Below are positions 29,521 to 39,191 of a DNA stretch of 64,000 bases, one piece after another. The position numbers were made by a program, and so were the translations under genes. Location of the stretch: assembly GCA_963667015.2 (NCBI GenBank), contig CAXXJJ010000004.1, positions 608,001-672,000 of the forward strand, read 5' to 3'. Under the pieces are notes generated by a model. It worked only from the letters and a program-made list of their open reading frames with translations. It was not told the origin of the DNA and did no database searches. The DNA comes from Desulfatiglandales bacterium. Lineage in GTDB: Bacteria; Desulfobacterota; DSM-4660; Desulfatiglandales; HGW-15. The number at the start of each line of letters is the position of its first letter. Position 1 is the first letter of the stretch.

Positions 29521-30120
29521 AATCAGGGTTTTATAAATAGCTTCAAACTCTTGTTAATTCAGTTAGTTACAGAGTGTCTGAATTTTGTTGATTTAAAAAT
29601 ATGTAAAAAAATACCAATTCCTCATGTACTTCATTGCTTTTGTTAGGTAAATGATTACATATCCTGACACGGTTACTTTAAATATAAAGAAGGTTAGATT
29701 TATTCAGAGACTTCGTATAATCCCGTTATTCCGTCCAAATTAAAGTTCATGCATTTATATAGAAGTTGAGACAAAAAATCCGGGCTACTTTTGAGGTCTT
29801 TTTTAAAGTATTTTCAGGTAGGGGCAGTATGTTCTAGAGTTCAAGTATACTATAACGAATAAGGATAGATTGTGCGGAGCCACAATCTTAAACCTGTTGT
29901 ATGAACAGGAATAAAGACAAAACCTGCAATCACTGCTATTGATCACAGGCTTTTGAAGTGCTCCAAAACGTGTAATGTCTCCATTGTATCTGAATTACAT
30001 TTGGTATTAGAAAGCTAGAGTAAGGCAGGTAACAATAAAAGTCATAACTATCCTTCCGATACTGTCAGGTCAGGTACAGGTCAGGACACATTATCTCTAT
30101 TTGTCAGCGTTTTCTGTATC

Positions 30121-31098
30121 TTAATCTGTATTCTCAGGCATCTGAGACAGCCGATTTTCCTCCATTTTCATTGCGGATTTTTGGAGATTGATATACTCAT
30201 TGAACTCTTTCATCTGAGAATCCGTCATAATTTCTTTAGCCGCTTCGGAGTATTCATTTAATGTTTTTTTATCAGCCTCCAGCTTTTTCAACCGATCTTC
30301 TTTGCTCCGCGAGTTTCCTTTAGATTTTATTTCTCTAATCCCCATAGAATCTTCAACAGCCTGTCTTATTTTATAGAATCCAGCTACCAGATCCTTTACC
30401 TGCTGTTTATTAAGCTGATTATCTCCGGAAAGTATCCTGCTATTTATAGTTCCTATAAAGTTTCTATCCTGTCCTGTTTCCCCATACTCCTGATATGCAG
30501 TATATTGATCTTCAGATAACAAATTTGATAACTGGATATCATAATCTGCTTCAATATTTTCCCTTTCCTTTTGAAACTCTTCCTGATCGGCAATTTTAGA
30601 GTTTGCATTTTTAAGTTCGAGTTGTCTTTCAATAATGAGATCAATAAATTCTGACTTTTTATTAGTAGAGAGGTTGTTTTCTTCTAAAAAAGACTTGAAA
30701 AATGATGAGATTGACAGTTTTTGTCTTTCGCGAAATTTGTCATCAACCTCTATTTTTGCGCTTTCTTCTTTTTTCATAGTCGCTTCCAGATAATCCTGCC
30801 ATTCCTGCATGTCAGCAATCCTGGATTCAAGTTTATTAATCCTGTCCTGACAGTCATTATCAGTTTCTGTTGATCTATTTTTTTCCGGAGAAATATTATC
30901 AGAGTCGCTTCCTGTCCGGTTTATTTCTGCATTTGATCCGGATTGCTCTTTTTCTGCAACAGCATATATACTCAATTCGTTTTCTAATCTATTGATGTGT
31001 CTGTTCTGAAGCAAAACTGCTATTATTAAAAACACGATAATGATAACGAGAAATATCGGGATAGCCTGATTCTTTTTAGCTGTTATTTGTTTTTCCAT
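30121..31098 (-). CDS. Hypothetical membrane-anchored helical/coiled-coil protein
   Basis: N-terminal TM segment, charged helical body. Confidence 0.75.
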   Translation of the reverse strand: MEKQITAKKNQAIPIFLVIIIVFLIIAVLLQNRHINRLENELSIYAVAEKEQSGSNAEINRTGSDSDNISPEKNRSTETDNDCQDRINKLESRIADMQEWQDYLEATMKKEESAKIEVDDKFRERQKLSISSFFKSFLEENNLSTNKKSEFIDLIIERQLELKNANSKIADQEEFQKERENIEADYDIQLSNLLSEDQYTAYQEYGETGQDRNFIGTINSRILSGDNQLNKQQVKDLVAGFYKIRQAVEDSMGIREIKSKGNSRSKEDRLKKLEADKKTLNEYSEAAKEIMTDSQMKEFNEYINLQKSAMKMEENRLSQMPENTD

Positions 31099-31104
31099 TT
31101 TTTC

Positions 31105-32088
31105 TCACACATCAAAATGTTTATATATCTCCTGAGCTAACGTCGGTGCATTTCCATTCACCCTGTTGTTCAATATAACGTTGCTATAAACTCCTGCTTT
31201 AATACCCGCGTTTATAATCTCAATTGTCTCATTAATCATCTCAGGGTTTACGATCTCATCAACCGGTTTATTAAAAGGGAAGGTCCTGGCATAGGAGTCG
31301 TTATAGCTCATTCTTAAGGGCGTCAATAATCGTATTATAGATTGACGTCCTGAGTTGTAAAAGGCCTTTCGGGCCTTTGTAAACTGTTTCCATAGCGGAG
31401 GCAGCCAGGTCCAGTGTGACAGGACATGACCAATACCGCGCCTGTAAAGCATGTCAAAATACTGGTGTGTATGATAAAAATCTGTCCTTGTCTCAATATG
31501 ATATCTTTTATCTTTTGGCAAATTATCAAAGAAATTTTCCAGGTCTTCAACATACTGCTTCGGAGGTATCCGGTCTGCCTTCCTGTGATATTCCTGTTCA
31601 AAAGCAAAGCCAATAATATTTTCTCCAAGAATCGCATTTGCCGGGTCGTAAAACTGGTTTATGAACAATTCGGAATTTAGGTAATTTTTGTTTTCAACCT
31701 GTTTTCCTGCCTGGTATAGAGTTTTCGCAAATATCACCTGTGGGACCTTTAAAATTATGTAGTCCCTGTCTTTCAGGTATTTGGCGTAGCTTTGCAGCAG
31801 TTGATAACTAGAGGTAGGCTCCAGTTTGTTATTGAGCAAAGGCCTGTAAAATGTGAAATCAATTTCAAGAACTGAGAAATGTTCAAAATACTCTACTACA
31901 CTTTCAATAGGGAGTACCTCTTCTTTGAATGTCTCATTTCCAACCCTATGACTTCGTGTTGAGGTCTTGTACTTTCCTTCGGTATATATCTGCCCTATCC
32001 AACCTGCATATCGGTCAGAAGCAGTGCCTAAACGGACATCAGGGCGAAGGTTCCTGAAGAAATAGACGTTGGATGTTTGTGATTGCAT
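31105..32088 (-). CDS. DUF72 family protein
   Basis: LGTAS..Y.GW.G.IY, LEIDFTFY, LKVPQ, NNR..GNAP. Confidence 0.8.
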   Translation of the reverse strand: MQSQTSNVYFFRNLRPDVRLGTASDRYAGWIGQIYTEGKYKTSTRSHRVGNETFKEEVLPIESVVEYFEHFSVLEIDFTFYRPLLNNKLEPTSSYQLLQSYAKYLKDRDYIILKVPQVIFAKTLYQAGKQVENKNYLNSELFINQFYDPANAILGENIIGFAFEQEYHRKADRIPPKQYVEDLENFFDNLPKDKRYHIETRTDFYHTHQYFDMLYRRGIGHVLSHWTWLPPLWKQFTKARKAFYNSGRQSIIRLLTPLRMSYNDSYARTFPFNKPVDEIVNPEMINETIEIINAGIKAGVYSNVILNNRVNGNAPTLAQEIYKHFDV

Positions 32089-32111
32089 TCTGTTTATTTT
32101 CCATTTAATTA

Positions 32112-33218
32112 TTAAAAGATTGTACCTCGCTGCTTGTCTGTTTCAAGCTGTGATGCCAGTCTCTCCGCCAGTAAAAGAAGTTCATCTTTCTTTTCCAGAC
32201 CATCAATAAAACGTTTAGGGATATTGCTCAATCCAACCTGTGCACCTGTGAGAGCGCCGGTAAGAATAGCCCGTGACTGGTTCTGTCCCCCACCGTTTAC
32301 AGCATGCAGAACCGCCGATTCAAAATCGTTATGGAATCTGGCCGACAGATAATATGCAGCCGGAATCATATGGTAAATTACGCATGACAAACCATAGACA
32401 ATGGACACCTTCCAGGCTGGTTCGATACGTATATCAGGATCAGATGCAGCCCTGGCCATACATGAAGGTGAAGTCAAGGCATCAGGTGAGGCAAAGCGTC
32501 CTGCCCGCGGGGGTTCAGGATCTCCAGTGCGCGGCGGCTGCATATTTTCACGTACTACCGAATGGAAAGGCAGCTCCCCTCTTTTTACCAGTTTCATAAG
32601 TTTTCCGGAGATCTCCTGGTCCAGCTTGTGTCCCTGGACAAGAAGCCCCAGTACAGATCCAAATGCAACAGTCATTGATACAACAGTATCATCAACCTGT
32701 GTAAGGATTGTATTGCTGGTAATTTCGGATGCAAGTTTTGCAGGGTTTAATGCGTATCTAACTGCTATGGCAAGGGTTCGCTCTATTGCTTCTGTAGTGT
32801 CTGCATGCCCTCCTGTCTGCCCCCATGGTAACTTCTGCTTAACACGTTTGCGCCATGCTTCACGAATAGACTGGCTGGTATAATTACTCGGTCCATTTAC
32901 AGGAGTTCCATCCAGAAGCGGAAAAAGCTCATCATCCATCCGACGGCAAAAATCCAGCTCATTGTATTCCCTGTTCTCAACAAGTGACCGGAGTAAAAGC
33001 AGAAGAATATATCCTGCCTGAGAAGGCTGACCGGCTTTCATACCATCATGGTAGCGACCGGGTTTAGGATCAGTGTATCCATCTATCCATTCCCCAAAGT
33101 CTCTGCGAAGTTCATTAAGGTCATAATACCAGTGGGGGCCAAGACCCAGGGCATCACCAATAAATGCGCCCATTATGGACCCGGCAGCACGATCTTTTAT
33201 ACCTGAAGAATCAATCAT
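32112..33218 (-). CDS. ADP-ribosylglycohydrolase family protein, SelJ/crystallin-J1-like branch
   Basis: GAFIGDALGLGPHWYYD; TDD and GGDxDT metal motifs replaced by PSQ and GGQNQ. Confidence 0.75.
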   Translation of the reverse strand: MIDSSGIKDRAAGSIMGAFIGDALGLGPHWYYDLNELRRDFGEWIDGYTDPKPGRYHDGMKAGQPSQAGYILLLLLRSLVENREYNELDFCRRMDDELFPLLDGTPVNGPSNYTSQSIREAWRKRVKQKLPWGQTGGHADTTEAIERTLAIAVRYALNPAKLASEITSNTILTQVDDTVVSMTVAFGSVLGLLVQGHKLDQEISGKLMKLVKRGELPFHSVVRENMQPPRTGDPEPPRAGRFASPDALTSPSCMARAASDPDIRIEPAWKVSIVYGLSCVIYHMIPAAYYLSARFHNDFESAVLHAVNGGGQNQSRAILTGALTGAQVGLSNIPKRFIDGLEKKDELLLLAERLASQLETDKQRGTIF

Positions 33219-33600
33219 GGTTTTCCCATAATTACATATTTTGAGTTTTTATTGAATACCCTTGCAAGGTTGTTCTTTTTACCTGCTTCCTGTCGATTGA
33301 TATTTCGAGGCATGTCCTATCGTCCTTATGTCTCAGAGTCCTTAGGTCAATGAGTCAATTACAGATCCCTTTATTGAGTAGCATTGCCTCTTCTCTTATT
33401 TCCGCAATAGAATCTTGCATAGCAATCTTTAGTGAGTTAATGCGTAATTTAACCGGTATATAGTCTAATTTAAGAAATCTTAATACAGCTAACAAATCCC
33501 ATTATCCAACTTAAGGCTATTAAGAAGTTATGTTGGTTAATAATGGATAGTAAAAAACAATTTCATCCTGCTAAAGTCAAACCAAAAACGAGGAGGAAAA

Positions 33601-33780
33601 ATGAAGAAACAGCAAAGTCATCAGCTACACATTATTTGGGATTATATAGCGTCACCGATAAAAATACCAGCGGAAACAAGAGAGAGATTGGTTGATTTTC
33701 TTAGCGAACTACTGTCGGCCTATTGGCAAGAATGTAAGGAAGACCAAAATAAAGATACAAGGAGGAATGAGAATGATTAA
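33601..33780 (+). CDS. Small ORF overlapping the recombinase start
   Basis: GAGGAGG RBS, ATG 33601, 59 aa, overlaps the downstream ATG. Confidence 0.45.
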   Translation: MKKQQSHQLHIIWDYIASPIKIPAETRERLVDFLSELLSAYWQECKEDQNKDTRRNEND

Positions 33781-34138
33781 TAAAATTAATGCTGAACATA
33801 TAAAGCGAAAAGCATTTATATACATTCGTCAGTCAACTACTGGCCAGGTTATACACCATCGTGAGAGCCAACTATTGCAATATGGTTTGGTAGAACGAGC
33901 AAAGGGATTAGGATGGAATGAGGAAAACATAAAAGTGATAGATAGTGATTTAGGTACGACTGCATCGGGATGTGTTGATAGAAAAGGATTTCAGGATCTT
34001 CTATCATCTGTTTGTGAGGGAAAGGCAGGTGCTATTTTTTCGATAGAAGTATCAAGGCTGGCTCGTAATGGTCGAGAGTGGCATACGTTGCTTGAGATCT
34101 GTGCGCTTACCCATTTATTTCAATACCTTTTCGCTTGA
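33773..34138 (+). pseudogene. Truncated large serine recombinase (resolvase catalytic domain only)
   Basis: YIRQST catalytic Ser, RKGF..LL, EVSRLARN; homology ends near 34110 and no recombinase/zinc-ribbon domains follow. Confidence 0.8.
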
Positions 34139-34217
34139 CGCCAATATTCAGATCTACGGAAACCTGTTTTACACATTCAATCACAACTTTTGCACTCATT
34201 TCATTTACCCTTGAATA
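34137..34217 (-). pseudogene. Short SF1 helicase fragment (paralogous to the 34846-35290 remnant)
   Basis: Translates YSRVNEMSAKVVIECVKQVSVDLNIGV vs YSRVYEKSAEAVIKCVKQVSGDLGIGI. Confidence 0.7.
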
Positions 34218-34328
34218 TGCGGAATAAGGGACATAGTCAAAAAAGTAAATCAAGTTATTTTATGTCGAGGATCTGTTCTTTTCCAACTGGCATCCTGCCT
34301 CTTTAAACAGAAAGTAAACGTAAATTTA

Positions 34329-34354
34329 CTCGTCCCATAAATTTATGGGACGAG
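34329..34354. repeat. Perfect 26-bp palindrome
   Basis: CTCGTCCCATAAATTTATGGGACGAG. Confidence 0.9.
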
Positions 34355-34646
34355 CAGGAAAATTATCAATAAAATTACCTAACTATTTGATACATCTATT
34401 ATTTTACGAAAACAGGTTTTTGATTTTAGTGGACAGGTAATAATTCATCATCGTAAGCGTCAATTCAATTATTATTTGGCTTTCCTATTTAAAAAAGGGA
34501 ATGATGAGGAATGGAAAGGAAATCTCACGATGCTGGATGTAAAGTGCAATGCGGACGATTTCACTGAGGCCGCAAGAACGATAAATATTTTTTAATCCCA
34601 AAATAAATCTATGTATGGTATAAAGATAAAATTCCGGAGGAATAAA

Positions 34647-34826
34647 ATGAAAGAATTCAGTGTAATAATAGAAAAAGACGAGGATGGTTTTTTTGTTGCA
34701 TCTGTTCCTGCTCTCCTTGGTTGCCATACTCAGGCTAAATCCCTCGATACATTGATGAAAAGAGTAAAGGAGGCGATTGAGCTCTGTCTTGAAACAGAAA
34801 AACCGATAACCAGTGAATTCATGTAA
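34647..34826 (+). CDS. hicB: HicB-family antitoxin (orphan, possibly truncated)
   Basis: FSVIIEKDEDGFFVASVPAL.GCHTQAKSLD.L..RVKEAIELCL; GGAGG RBS. Confidence 0.75.
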   Translation: MKEFSVIIEKDEDGFFVASVPALLGCHTQAKSLDTLMKRVKEAIELCLETEKPITSEFM

Positions 34827-34845
34827 AAGATGACGCTGTTAAGTT

Positions 34846-35290
34846 TTAAAGCTTGTACCAATTGGGCTGCTTGTAAGTGGAACTGGAATGTGGTGTACTG
34901 CATTTAATTGGGATTCTATGGTTCGGCTGTTCTTCCTTAAGGAGATCATTTATGTATTTTGATTGTTCGGTATATGGTGTAATAATGCCGATGCCCAGAT
35001 CACCGGAAACCTGTTTTACACATTTAATAACAGCTTCTGCACTCTTTTCATATACTCTAGAATATGAACCTCTCCGACGTTTACAAAAAGCCTCATCAAG
35101 TGCTACCTGATAAATACTCCTACCCATTGCCTTTTTAACAAATGGATTGTTTGACTGAACCACCGGCGGAAGCTGCATTGGATCACCAACAATAACCGAT
35201 TTTTCTCTTGCCATTGTTGTACTGCAGCAAAGAGAAGGGAGCACAGCCATTTCTGCCTCTTCAACAATTATACAGTCAAAGACCTCATTT
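34846..35290 (-). pseudogene. DNA2/NAM7 (SF1) helicase remnant
   Basis: FDCIIVEEA (degenerate Walker B), VGDPMQLPPV, IGIITPY; internal deletions, no Walker A. Confidence 0.75.
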
Positions 35291-35316
35291 TTTAAAATGT
35301 CTCCTGTTTAAAATAT

Positions 35317-35371
35317 AGGCCTTCACTTTTCACATCCTTACTGACCACTGTGAAAAGTAAAGACCTGACAC
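35317..35371. repeat. Inverted pair of the same REP-like motif (copy 2)
   Basis: AGGCCTTCACTTTTCACA (35317-35334) ... ACTGTGAAAAGTAAAGACCTGACAC (35347-35371). Confidence 0.8.
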
Positions 35372-35383
35372 TGTTTCTTTCTT

Positions 35384-38300
35384 CTATTTTATTTTCTCTA
35401 CTTTATGTGAAGATACTGCTTCACCCTGTTTATATAATTTGTCAAACTTATTAGTATTGATGGTTGTTTTTTTATAAGCGTTATCCATAAGCTCTCTGGA
35501 ATCAAATATATCCAGATAGATCTCGGCAAATTTACCCAGTAAGGGTAATATGTATGTTCCTGTTCTGAATAATAATCCTTCAGGATTTTCGTTTGCTTTT
35601 ACTTCAAGCTTATCAAAACATCCCCGGATAAAATTTGCCAGATCAGGAGCAAATCCTTCCACATGGGTCTGGGCGCCTTTAAGGGCCTTTATCCAGTTTG
35701 TTACCGGCATATATACCTTTTTCCCATCTGCTCCAATCCAGTCCATATGGTATCCTATAAGCTCCTGTGAGCTGATATTCCCGAATATTCCTGAACCACC
35801 TCCGCCACCACCTCCTTCACTCTCGCCTCCATTATTATCTCCATTATCACCTCCATTATTAGGAGGTGGCTCACAATCGGTTAATCTGGTCAGGGTAGGA
35901 TCCCCCAGGATAATTCTGGGGGCGTAATAATAATCCCATAAATCCAATTCTAGTGAATTAAAAAGATAAAACAGAGGAACATTAATATGAGTCTTAAATG
36001 ATTGCCCGAAGTTTTTACCTGAATCTAAAGCCGCAGCAATATTATGCCCATAAAATCCCTCAACATTGCTGGGCATATTACAGGTAACTATATATGTTGA
36101 ACCCTGTGCAACGACAACCATGCTGGTTGGGCTGTAAAGAATGGATGTTAAGAAGTTATCAACATAATCCAGGTTCCCTACAGAGCAGCCAGTAGTTGTA
36201 AAAAAGGCAGTTTTCACAGGATTATTTTCAACCCATGAAATATCAATTTGCCCGTTTGATGAAGGTGTTCCATGTGTATGGGTATTTGTAAAATCAGACA
36301 GGCCTGCGGATAAGTCAGCGTAACCCTGCGCAACGGTCAATCCTTGCGAAGGGCTTTCAAAGTATATTCGTGCGGAAGGAGCATTACTGAAGGGTGTCCA
36401 GGCATTGTCTCCATCCTCTAATTCATAAAGGAGATCATTGTGCTCTTCAACTGTTGCTGCTGTGTAAATTTCACTGATATGCAAAAAGGCCTCTGGTAAG
36501 GTATAGTTGCAGGTGCGGTACTCATGGTTTTTTTTAAAATACCGCTTTAGGGCGCTTACAGTATCAGTAAGATTGTCTTTGTAATATGGCAGTACACCCA
36601 CCCAGATCTCCCATTCCAGATTTCCGCTATGGATATCAAATGAATAATCCTTTCCGCCCGGTGATACATATCCAGCCGATGTTTCGAATATGCCATCCAG
36701 GTCACTATAATATTGATAGCTTATCACTTCATATTCTTCAGGGTTAGAACCAGGGGTTATGTACCATTGATATGCATAAGGTATATTTCCTATTAAAATT
36801 GCACCTTCGAGCTCTTCATCTGTCTGCACATACAATTCCTGTAGATACTCTCTGATTTCTGGTGGAGTTATATTGCTGACCACTTTTTCAATGACTGTAT
36901 ACCCTTCATTGGTTAGATCTGTTTTAAATTGGCTGAGCTCTGAATTGATCTGTGCAGATAACATGGCATCTATAATCAAGGCTACAGTGCCATTTGGAGG
37001 ATTGTTTAACCGGTTGGCGTTAACAGTCAGAAGTTCCAGATTGGTAAGGTTATCCAGTTCAGGAGGTATATTACCAGTCAATTGGTTGTTGTGCAGGAAG
37101 AGGGATTTCAGGTTTACCAGATTTCCCAGCTCTGAAGGGATAGTGCCTGTTAACTGGTTGTCGGACAGGTCAAGCGCAGTCAGGTTTATCAGATCTCCCA
37201 GTTTTGAAGGGATAGTACCTGTCAACTGATTATCGGACAGACTGAGTTCTTCCAGATTTAGCATATTTTCAATAAATGAAGGGATAGTGCCTGTTAATTG
37301 ATTATTAGACAGGTTAAAAATATTCAGGTTTATCAGATTACCCAGGTCTGAAGGGATTGCTCCTGTTAATTGATTGTTGTACAGGTCAAGCACAGTCAGG
37401 TTTATCAGATTTCCAAATACCGATGGAATAGGGCCTGTGAGTTCATTATAAGCCAGATCAAGCCGTGTAAGGTTGGTCAGATTACCAATTTCCAGGGGTA
37501 AAGTCCCAATCAGTTTATTGAAGGATAACGATAGCTTCTCAAGGTTTGTCAGGTTACCCAGTTCTGCAGGTATGGGGCCTGTTAGTTCATTGCCCATCAA
37601 AATCAGGCTCTCAAGGTTAGTCAGGTTGCCCAGTTCTGCAGGTATAGTACCTGTGAGTTCATTACTGTACAGGGATAAATCCTGAAGATTAGTCAGGTTA
37701 CCCAGTTGTGCAGGTATAGTACCGGTGAGTTGGTTACCAGACAAGTAAAGGACTTCAAGGTTATCCAGAGCCTCCAGCTCATGAGGTATGGTGCCTGTTA
37801 ACTGGTTGTAGGCTATGCTAAGAGATCTAAGATTAAGCAGGTCACACAGCTCCAGGGGTATTGTCCCTGTGAGATTGTTAAATGTTAAATCGAGCGATTG
37901 AAGATTGATCATATTACCAATTTCCGGAGGTATAGGACCGCTGAGTTCATTGCCCATCAAAATCAGGCTCTCAAGATTAGCCAGATTGCCCAGTTCAGGA
38001 GGTATTGAACCGGTGAGTTGATTATAATCTAAACTAAGCATTTTTAGGTTTTGAAGAGCCTCCAGCTCAGGGGGTATTGTACCTGTGAGTTCATTGACGC
38101 TCAGAAACAGGGTCTTAAGATTAGTCAAATTTCCCAGTTCAGGGGGTATTGTACCTGTGAGTTCATTGCTACTCAGAGCCAGGGTCTCAAGATTAGTCAG
38201 GTTACCCAGTTCTGCAGGTATAGTGCCTGTAAGTTCACTACCAAACAGGTATAGGTCTTTAAGATTTATCATATTGCCCAGTTCAGGAGGTATAGTACCG

Positions 38301-38761
38301 GTAAGTTGATTAGGACCTAAAGCAAGCTTTGTGAGGTTTTGAAGAGCCCCCAGTTCAGGGGGTATTGTACCTGTGAGTTCATTGCCCATCAGAGACAGGT
38401 TCTCAAGATTAGTCAAATTGCCCAGTTCAGGAGGTATAGTACCGGTTAGATTGTTTTGCAAAAGATCAATATCATAGACACTGTCATCTGTTACAGTTAT
38501 ACCAAACCATGTATTTTCAGTGCCGGGCACTGCAAATCCATCCGCATCAACAGGTGCAGCCTTCCAGCCTGAATTATCGGTCCAGCCGTCTCCGTTTGTG
38601 CTGTTATAAAGCGCTATAAGAGCGGCTCTTTCGGACGCAGGTATTGCACCATAAGCAGCAGAATGGATTGATAACGCAATCAGAATGATAAATATCATGG
38701 ATTTAAATTGTTTAATACCAAAGAGACCCGGTGTAGATGATGCATACTTGGAACAGTTCAT
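35384..38761 (-). CDS. Secreted LRR protein (about 20 plant-type 24-aa LRRs) fused to a peptidase C25 (gingipain)-like domain
   Basis: Signal peptide, ERAALIALYNST LRR cap, repeats LxxLxLxxNxLTGTIPxELGNLxN, then LIGNIP..YYSDLDG..WVG, HG and GC motifs, LGDPTL; Gly-rich linker. Confidence 0.85.
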   Translation of the reverse strand: MNCSKYASSTPGLFGIKQFKSMIFIILIALSIHSAAYGAIPASERAALIALYNSTNGDGWTDNSGWKAAPVDADGFAVPGTENTWFGITVTDDSVYDIDLLQNNLTGTIPPELGNLTNLENLSLMGNELTGTIPPELGALQNLTKLALGPNQLTGTIPPELGNMINLKDLYLFGSELTGTIPAELGNLTNLETLALSSNELTGTIPPELGNLTNLKTLFLSVNELTGTIPPELEALQNLKMLSLDYNQLTGSIPPELGNLANLESLILMGNELSGPIPPEIGNMINLQSLDLTFNNLTGTIPLELCDLLNLRSLSIAYNQLTGTIPHELEALDNLEVLYLSGNQLTGTIPAQLGNLTNLQDLSLYSNELTGTIPAELGNLTNLESLILMGNELTGPIPAELGNLTNLEKLSLSFNKLIGTLPLEIGNLTNLTRLDLAYNELTGPIPSVFGNLINLTVLDLYNNQLTGAIPSDLGNLINLNIFNLSNNQLTGTIPSFIENMLNLEELSLSDNQLTGTIPSKLGDLINLTALDLSDNQLTGTIPSELGNLVNLKSLFLHNNQLTGNIPPELDNLTNLELLTVNANRLNNPPNGTVALIIDAMLSAQINSELSQFKTDLTNEGYTVIEKVVSNITPPEIREYLQELYVQTDEELEGAILIGNIPYAYQWYITPGSNPEEYEVISYQYYSDLDGIFETSAGYVSPGGKDYSFDIHSGNLEWEIWVGVLPYYKDNLTDTVSALKRYFKKNHEYRTCNYTLPEAFLHISEIYTAATVEEHNDLLYELEDGDNAWTPFSNAPSARIYFESPSQGLTVAQGYADLSAGLSDFTNTHTHGTPSSNGQIDISWVENNPVKTAFFTTTGCSVGNLDYVDNFLTSILYSPTSMVVVAQGSTYIVTCNMPSNVEGFYGHNIAAALDSGKNFGQSFKTHINVPLFYLFNSLELDLWDYYYAPRIILGDPTLTRLTDCEPPPNNGGDNGDNNGGESEGGGGGGGSGIFGNISSQELIGYHMDWIGADGKKVYMPVTNWIKALKGAQTHVEGFAPDLANFIRGCFDKLEVKANENPEGLLFRTGTYILPLLGKFAEIYLDIFDSRELMDNAYKKTTINTNKFDKLYKQGEAVSSHKVEKIK
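37006..38482 (-). repeat. 72-bp LRR-coding tandem repeat array
   Basis: 20 full + 1 partial 24-aa units; some units nearly identical at DNA level (e.g. LESLILMGNEL twice). Confidence 0.9.
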
Positions 38762-39191
38762 ATCTCAATCTCCTCTATTAAAGTAATTCATGTAACATCT
38801 TTGCTCATCAATCTATTAACAAAAGGCTATCAGGTTAAAAAAAGGCTCAACCTTATAACGTGCTACTATTCAAAAATGCTTAGAAAACACTATCTGAAGA
38901 ATATGAAAGGCCTTCATTATAAATCTTGTTGTATCAGGGGCCGGAATTTACTGTAACTTTAATGCAGAACACTGTATGTGTAAACATCATAAAATTAACA
39001 GATTATTTACAGTAAAAAACTGCATTTGATATTTAGTAATAACTGAAGTAAAAACAGATGTCCTGTGATTGTTTTCTTATGGTCCAATGGTAACATCGCC
39101 TTTGGACGCTCTGCGTCCCTTGTTAAATGTTAATGGAAAAGCCTCTTACCTAGATCATCTTTTAGAATTTTCTATCAAGTAAGAAGAAGCG

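Noticed and set aside
29710..29737. dif/pdif or lox-like site (ACTTCGTATAA)
   Set aside because: Only one arm matches; no XerD-like or inverted arm at the right spacing
34485..34600. Possible toxin (AbiEii-like) 3' fragment upstream of hicB
   Set aside because: Too short and without a diagnostic motif; needs blastx
37006..38482. CRISPR-like periodic repeats
   Set aside because: 72-bp periodicity is LRR coding sequence; no spacers or cas genes
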